Both the position numbers and the translations under genes were made by a program. From NCBI GenBank assembly GCA_001189075.1, contig LFCN01000006.1:386041-450040 (forward strand): DNA of 64,000 bases, in the 5' to 3' direction. This stretch comes from Parcubacteria bacterium C7867-004 (lineage in GTDB: Bacteria; Patescibacteriota; Minisyncoccia; Phycocordibacterales; Phycocordibacteraceae). Positions 58,572 through 64,000 of this stretch are shown in pieces (positions within the stretch are counted from its first letter, which is position 1; each line of letters begins with the position of its first letter). Under the pieces are notes generated by a model. It did no database searches, was not told the origin of the DNA, and saw only the letters and a list, made by a program, of their open reading frames with translations.

Positions 58572-59042
58572 ATGCGTCTGCGCTCATTCTTGGCGCTCGT
58601 TGGATTCGTCGGGGTATCTCTTGCTGCCGGTTTCCTCGGATCAATGGCGGTTGTGGGCAGTGTGAACGGCTGGTACGCAACGCTTATAGCACCGGCTTGG
58701 ACACCGCCGAACGCGGTCTTCGGACCAGTGTGGACGATCCTGTACGTTCTTATGGGTAGCGCGGCATACCTCGTCTCGCGCTCGCCAAGAATAGGCAAGG
58801 TCTTCGCTATCTGGCTTTTCCTTGCGCACCTCCTCTTGAACGCGTTCTGGAGCATCGCGTTTTTCGGCATGCACGAGATTTTGCTCTCGTTGGTTGTTAT
58901 CGTCCTACTGCTCTCGATTGTAATCGTGTTAGCAGCTTTGTTTTATAGATATTCAAGAACTGCGGGGTATCTCATGATTCCGTACGTGCTCTGGGTGGCC
59001 TACGCAACGACGCTCAATATCGGCTTTCTCGTTTTGAATTAA
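58572..59042 (+). CDS. TspO/MBR family protein
   Basis: WY..L.APAWTPP..VFGPVWTILY, LNAFWS..FF, PYVLWV.YA..LN. Confidence 0.92.
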   Translation: MRLRSFLALVGFVGVSLAAGFLGSMAVVGSVNGWYATLIAPAWTPPNAVFGPVWTILYVLMGSAAYLVSRSPRIGKVFAIWLFLAHLLLNAFWSIAFFGMHEILLSLVVIVLLLSIVIVLAALFYRYSRTAGYLMIPYVLWVAYATTLNIGFLVLN

Positions 59043-59074
59043 GTGCCGCGCCGCGTGCTATCATCGCCATACCT

Positions 59075-60373
59075 ATGCGCACCGATATCGTCCATCCGGG
59101 AGCTGATAAGCTCCGCTACGAGATCCGGCGCATCGTCGAGGTAGCTAAATCCGTACAGGCGCTCGGCACCCCGATTATCTGGGAGAATATCGGCGACCCG
59201 GTAGCAAAAGGCGAGCAGGTGCCGGAATGGATAAAGGAGTACGTGAAGAACGCAGCGAGCGAGAACGCTTCGTTCGGCTACTCACCGACGCAGGGTCTCG
59301 ACGTCGCACGCGACTACATCCGCGATGAGCGGAACCTTGAAGACGGTATCAACATAACTTCTGACGACATCCTCTTCTTCAACGGCCTCGGGGACGCTAT
59401 CTCGACGCTCTACGGGAACCTGCACCCAAAAGCGCGCGTTATAGGACCGAATCCGGCGTACCCCACGCATTCCTCAGCCGAAGCCGCGCATGCGGACTCC
59501 GCACATATCACGTACAAACTAGATCCGGCAAACGGCTGGAAACCGGACCTAGAGGATCTACGCACAAAGATAGAGGCGAACCCTGACATTGCCGGCATCC
59601 TCATCATCAATCCGGATAACCCGACCGGTTTCGTGTATCCGGAAGAAACGCTGCGCGAGATGGTCGCAATCGCGAAGGAGCACAACCTCTTCATGATCTC
59701 GGATGAGATCTACTCGAACCTCGCATACGCCGGGAGCGGCATGAAGAAACTCGCCTCCGTTATCGGAGACGTTCCCGGTATCGCCATGCGCGGCATCTCG
59801 AAGGAGTTTCCGTGGCCGGGCGCACGCTGCGGCTGGGTGGAGTTCTATAACCGGGACAAGGACGACTCGTTCGACCGGTACGCCCGCTCTCTGCTCGATT
59901 CGAAGATGCTCGAGGTCTGCTCGACTACGCTTCCTCAGGCGGTCCTGCCGAGGGTAATGGGGGATTCGAGATACTATCCGTACCTCGACGATCGGGTCGC
60001 AAACTATGCCCGGAAGTCTGCAAAGGCGGTTGAGATACTCTCATCCATTCCTGAACTTGTCATTCATCCAGCACAGGGTGCCTTCTATATGACTGCAGTC
60101 TTCGCAGAAGGATCACTTACCGATACTCAGACACTTTCCGTTACTCCCGAAGCAGAAGCGGTTATCAATCCGCATCTAGCGGATGCGAGACCGGATCAGC
60201 GCTTCGTGTACTACCTCCTTGCCTCAACGGGAATCTGCATAGTCCCGCTTTCGCTCGGGTTCAATTCGGATCTGAACGGTTTCCGCTTCACGCTCCTGGA
60301 GTCGGATGAAGGGAAGTTCGAACAGATCGTATCGACGATCAGAGATTCTATCCAGACGTATCTCGCCTCATAG
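59075..60373 (+). CDS. PLP-dependent class I/II aminotransferase (AlaA-like)
   Basis: YEIR, NIGDP, INPDNPTG, SDEIY, GISK..PWPGARCGW. Confidence 0.88.
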   Translation: MRTDIVHPGADKLRYEIRRIVEVAKSVQALGTPIIWENIGDPVAKGEQVPEWIKEYVKNAASENASFGYSPTQGLDVARDYIRDERNLEDGINITSDDILFFNGLGDAISTLYGNLHPKARVIGPNPAYPTHSSAEAAHADSAHITYKLDPANGWKPDLEDLRTKIEANPDIAGILIINPDNPTGFVYPEETLREMVAIAKEHNLFMISDEIYSNLAYAGSGMKKLASVIGDVPGIAMRGISKEFPWPGARCGWVEFYNRDKDDSFDRYARSLLDSKMLEVCSTTLPQAVLPRVMGDSRYYPYLDDRVANYARKSAKAVEILSSIPELVIHPAQGAFYMTAVFAEGSLTDTQTLSVTPEAEAVINPHLADARPDQRFVYYLLASTGICIVPLSLGFNSDLNGFRFTLLESDEGKFEQIVSTIRDSIQTYLAS

Positions 60374-60397
60374 AAAAACCGCCTGAAGGCGGTTTCT
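60374..60397. terminator. Bidirectional terminator
   Basis: AAAAACCGCC-TGAA-GGCGGTTTC between convergent genes. Confidence 0.8.
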
Positions 60398-61471
60398 TTA
60401 TTTGCCCTGCCCGTAGTACTTCTTTAGAAGTCGTACGTGCTCTTTGTAGTTCTCGGTGCAGTGCATCTCTCCATACTTGTCATGGAAATAGAAGAGGCAA
60501 TCGGTCTTCTTCGGATTGAGCGCAGCGAGAACCGCTGCGGTTGAAGGATTTGAGATAGGGCCCGGAGGAAGACCTCCGTATTTGTATGTGTTGTATTCGG
60601 ACTTCACGTACTTGTCGTTCGGCACCACCTTCGGCCACCATGAACCCGTCTTTGATTTCGTTGCCTTTGCGTACTGGAGTGTCGCATCGATCTGCAGGTT
60701 CATGCCTGCCCAAAGCCTGTTCCAGATGATGCCGGAGATAAGGCGCATCTCGGCTGGATCGCGGGTTTCGCGCTCGAGCATGGAGGCGATAGTAAGCATC
60801 TCTTCTACCGGAACGAGCTCTTCGGTGGTAGTGCTGTAGCGGGCAAGGATGTCCTTCTTGAAGCGATCGGAGAGGAGTTCCTGCACGTAGGTAGCGTTCG
60901 CCGCTCCGCTAACCATGTAGGTACCCGGTACGAATTCCCCTTCAGAGAGCTCGGGCTCTTCGGTGTGCACTTGCTTAAGGAATTCCGCCTGTTCCTTAGC
61001 GCTCCAGCCGAGTTCCTGTCCAAATACGTAGGCTACTTCTTCTTCCCGGTATCCGGGCTTTATCTCTACGAACGCGATACTGCTTCCCGCGATCTGCTGA
61101 TAGCCGGGAACGGAGACGATGAGATTGGCGAGCCAGGAGAACGCGCCTCCCACGAAGCCGAGTGCCGCTGCGCGCTCGCCATGGGTCTCCTCGAGGAGTG
61201 CCTCGACGGTAGGGTCTTCGGTTATGACCTCGTTGATGGGATCAACCGTAACAGGAAACGGATCCTTCGGCGGCTCAGCAATGGCGAGCTTGAGATCGGT
61301 CGCAAGCACGGTAGGAATGGAGAAGACACCGACACCGACGATCAGGAAGGTGAGGAGGGCAGGCGCGAGCGAGGCGAGTGGCGCAACAAAGTTTCGGCGC
61401 CGCTTGGGCGTCGAGAACTTGTGGGGCATAAGCGGTCGGAAGTTTCCGGGCACTTGATGCATTGTATCCAT
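60398..61471 (-). CDS. mltG: Endolytic transglycosylase MltG/YceG (start uncertain)
   Basis: IASMLERE, NRL..GMNLQIDAT, YNTY...GLPPGPISNP. Confidence 0.9.
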   Translation of the reverse strand: MDTMHQVPGNFRPLMPHKFSTPKRRRNFVAPLASLAPALLTFLIVGVGVFSIPTVLATDLKLAIAEPPKDPFPVTVDPINEVITEDPTVEALLEETHGERAAALGFVGGAFSWLANLIVSVPGYQQIAGSSIAFVEIKPGYREEEVAYVFGQELGWSAKEQAEFLKQVHTEEPELSEGEFVPGTYMVSGAANATYVQELLSDRFKKDILARYSTTTEELVPVEEMLTIASMLERETRDPAEMRLISGIIWNRLWAGMNLQIDATLQYAKATKSKTGSWWPKVVPNDKYVKSEYNTYKYGGLPPGPISNPSTAAVLAALNPKKTDCLFYFHDKYGEMHCTENYKEHVRLLKKYYGQGK

Positions 61472-61512
61472 GATTTCTTCCGGCGGAAACCCTCGGTTGC
61501 GCACAACGATGA

Positions 61513-62088
61513 ATGGACAGGCAGCAACCGACAGTGCTACGGTTCGAGGATATGAAGGACTCCATCCAGAAAGAACCTACCGGAGTCGAGCGCATCGTCG
61601 CTTCAATTGGCTCGGTAGGCTCCCTCGTCGTGCACACGCTCGCGTTCGCACTCTTCTTCATGCTGTCGCTCTTCGGGGTCATCTCCTGGGAGACGATGCT
61701 CCTGGTACTTACGACTCTGGTCTCGCTCGAGGCCATCTATCTTGCGATCTTCATCCAGATAACCGTTAACCGGCACACGCAGTCCCTCAAAGAGGTCGAG
61801 GAAGACATCGACGAGATTCAGGAGGACGTCGAGGAACTCGGCGAGGACATGGAGGATATCCAGGAAGATCTGGAGGAGATATCCGAGGACATCGAGGAGA
61901 TTTCGGAGGATATCGATGAGATTCAAGAGGACGTCGAGGAGCTGAACGAGGAGGAGGGAGACGCTCCTACGGCAAAGACCGAAAAGCCGAAGAAAAAGGA
62001 GATGACCCAAGCTGATGCGCTCGAACAGCTGACGAAAGATGTCGCGCGCGTGCTCAAGGACCTTGAGGAGCTGAAGAAGTCGAAGTAG
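61513..62088 (+). CDS. DUF1003-like membrane protein with acidic heptad coiled coil
   Basis: IGS..SLVVH, LTTLVSLEAIYLAIFIQ; EIxEDxE heptads. Confidence 0.75.
   Translation: MDRQQPTVLRFEDMKDSIQKEPTGVERIVASIGSVGSLVVHTLAFALFFMLSLFGVISWETMLLVLTTLVSLEAIYLAIFIQITVNRHTQSLKEVEEDIDEIQEDVEELGEDMEDIQEDLEEISEDIEEISEDIDEIQEDVEELNEEEGDAPTAKTEKPKKKEMTQADALEQLTKDVARVLKDLEELKKSK
61792..61950 (+). repeat. About seven degenerate 21-nt coding repeats (acidic heptads)
   Basis: GAGATnnnGGAGGAyrTCGAn units encoding EIQEDVE/EISEDIE. Confidence 0.8.
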
Positions 62089-62100
62089 AGTGAGGGAATC

Positions 62101-62171
62101 GGGCCTATAGTGAAGCGGTATCACGCATCCATGGCATGGATGAAGTCGGGGTTCGACTCCCCGTAGGTCCA
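62101..62171 (+). tRNA. tRNA-Ala(GGC)
   Basis: GGGCCTA/TAGGTCC with G3:U70; CATCC-ATGGCAT-GGATG with the A32-U38 pair typical of this isoacceptor. Confidence 0.93.
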
Positions 62172-62208
62172 CTTTGTTTATTAAGTAGCTGTTTGCTAGA
62201 CTGGCTAT

Positions 62209-63051
62209 ATGACAGGGGTACTGGCCCAGGCAGGGTCTTTTTTCAATATGCTGTTCAGCGTGCCGGTGGCGTATGCTGCCGAGGAGGCGGCTGGCGAGCA
62301 CGCAAGCGGCATTCATGTCGTCCTTAAAGCCGAGGAGATCGGGAGCCTTTTCGGTTTCCCTATCACCAACTCGCTCCTGATGACGTGGATTGTCGTCGCG
62401 CTCCTTATCGGCTTCGCGGTCCTGTTCCGTCGGAAAATAGCGCTGGTGCCAGGAAAGCTCCAGGCAGGTATCGAGATGCTCTTCGAAGGAGTGCTCAATT
62501 ACATGAGCGAGACGCTCGAGGACGAGAAGCTTGCACGCAAGTTCTTCCCGCTCATCATGACGATCTTTCTCTTCGTCCTCATTGCCAACGAGCTCGCATT
62601 CCTTCCGGGTGTGGGATCGATTCTCATTGAGCATATGGGGGAATCGGTACCGTTCCTTAGGGCGCCTGCAGCTGACCTGAACCTCACGCTCGCGCTTGCC
62701 ATTATCTCGTTCCTCGTGATCGAGATAACCGGCGTCGTGGTCCTCGGATTCTTCAAATACGCCGGGAAATATGTTAATTTCAGTTCACCGGTCAACTTCG
62801 TTGTAGGCATCATCGAGCTGCTCTCGAACGTCGGGCGCCTCATCTCGTTCTCGTTCCGTCTCTTCGGAAACGTCTTCGCGGGCGAGGTCATGATAGCGGT
62901 GGCGGTATTCTTCGTAGCATATCTGCTGCCGGTGCCACTCATGGCGTTTGAGGTGTTCGTGGGCTTCATTCAGGCAGTCGTGTTCTCGATGCTCACGCTG
63001 TTCTTCATCAAGTTGTCGATCATGGACCCGCACGGGGACGAGGCGCACTAG
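62209..63051 (+). CDS. atpB: ATP synthase F0 subunit a
   Basis: PGKLQ, APAADLN.TL, SFSFRLFGN.FAGE, IQAVVF. Confidence 0.96.
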   Translation: MTGVLAQAGSFFNMLFSVPVAYAAEEAAGEHASGIHVVLKAEEIGSLFGFPITNSLLMTWIVVALLIGFAVLFRRKIALVPGKLQAGIEMLFEGVLNYMSETLEDEKLARKFFPLIMTIFLFVLIANELAFLPGVGSILIEHMGESVPFLRAPAADLNLTLALAIISFLVIEITGVVVLGFFKYAGKYVNFSSPVNFVVGIIELLSNVGRLISFSFRLFGNVFAGEVMIAVAVFFVAYLLPVPLMAFEVFVGFIQAVVFSMLTLFFIKLSIMDPHGDEAH

Positions 63052-63087
63052 CGCCGGTCTCGATGCGGCTCCGGGATGGAGCATTAA

Positions 63088-63336
<249 letters not shown>

Positions 63337-63397
63337 GGCGCTTGGCATCAGCGCTCGACGCTGATCCAACCGCTGTACCAGCCTCTTAGTACTCATC

Positions 63398-63841
63398 ATG
63401 GAACAACTCTTCGACGCATTCGGCATAGACGGGAAGCTGCTCATCGCGCAGCTGATCAATTTCGGCGTGCTCTTCGTCGCGCTTACCTGGCTTCTCTACA
63501 AGCCGGTTATGAAGACGCTGGACGAGCGCCGGGAGAAGATCGCCAAAGGCGTCGAAGACGCTGAGCTCGCTACCGCAAAGCTCGAAGGCGCTGATGAGGA
63601 GGTGTCTCGTCGTGTACAGGGTGCGGAAACGGAAGCTGAAGGCATCGTTGCTTCGGCTCGCGACGCGGCAAACACGGAGAAGGCACGCATCATGAAGGAG
63701 GCTGACGCTCGAGCCGCACAGATCGCCGTTGATGCTGATCTGCGCGCTAAGGAAGCGGCCGCACAGGCGCTCAAAGAGAGCGAGAAGGAAGTAGCACGTC
63801 TTGCGGTACTCGCTGCTGAGAAGGTGCTCCGCAAATCATAA
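63398..63841 (+). CDS. atpF: ATP synthase F0 subunit b
   Basis: QLINF..L...LYKP...LDERR..I. Confidence 0.93.
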   Translation: MEQLFDAFGIDGKLLIAQLINFGVLFVALTWLLYKPVMKTLDERREKIAKGVEDAELATAKLEGADEEVSRRVQGAETEAEGIVASARDAANTEKARIMKEADARAAQIAVDADLRAKEAAAQALKESEKEVARLAVLAAEKVLRKS

Positions 63842-64000
63842 TGGAACGCGAGTACGCACAAGCTCTGAGAGAAATGGTTGCCGGTGGCACCGATGAGGCT
63901 GCTATCGTCGACGGTCTTGTAAAACACCTCAAGCTTGAAGGGCGTCTGAAGCTTCTGCCCGGTATCCTCCGGGAACTCAAGGGACTGCAGGCTCGAGCGG
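63841..64000 (+). CDS. atpH: ATP synthase delta subunit, N-terminal part (truncated by window edge)
   Basis: ATG overlaps atpF stop; MEREYAQAL...GRLKLLPGILREL; operon position. Confidence 0.7.
   Translation, partial: MEREYAQALREMVAGGTDEAAIVDGLVKHLKLEGRLKLLPGILRELKGLQARA

Noticed and set aside
61792-61950. 21-nt repeats as CRISPR array
   Set aside because: Contiguous degenerate coding heptads with no spacers.

Overview
Gene-dense, mostly + strand chromosomal segment. It most likely comes from a Patescibacteria/CPR (Parcubacteria-like) bacterium. This is inferred from the class I LysRS, a short DnaX without its Zn finger, a truncated UvrC, DUF5663/DUF5667-like proteins, a stand-alone TraD/VirD4-like ATPase and tRNAs lacking encoded CCA. 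Housekeeping content: serS (3' end), dus, dnaX, engB, trhO, an ABC-F protein, lysS, a valS-like gene, tgt, uvrB/uvrA/uvrC, ddl, mltG, the start of the atp operon and three tRNAs (Gln-UUG, Ala-UGC, Ala-GGC). Most notable observations: (1) a ~345-nt extensively base-paired, ORF-free transcription unit between uvrC and ddl that matches no housekeeping RNA I recognise; (2) a four-gene operon of coupling-protein-like ATPase, 1260-aa glycine-zipper protein, small acidic protein and FKBP; (3) an AT-rich caspase/CHAT-like gene beside tRNA-Ala, bounded by 15-bp repeats resembling the tRNA T-loop; (4) ATP-citrate lyase aclBA next to a GNAT and flanked by a histidine kinase and receiver, all between uvrB and uvrA; (5) a ValRS-like protein with degenerate HIGH and editing motifs; (6) a window-wide pattern of -10 boxes 6-9 nt before start codons, suggesting leaderless mRNAs. 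No CRISPR array, rRNA, integrase or transposase was seen. All calls come from reading motifs by eye; no searches were run.
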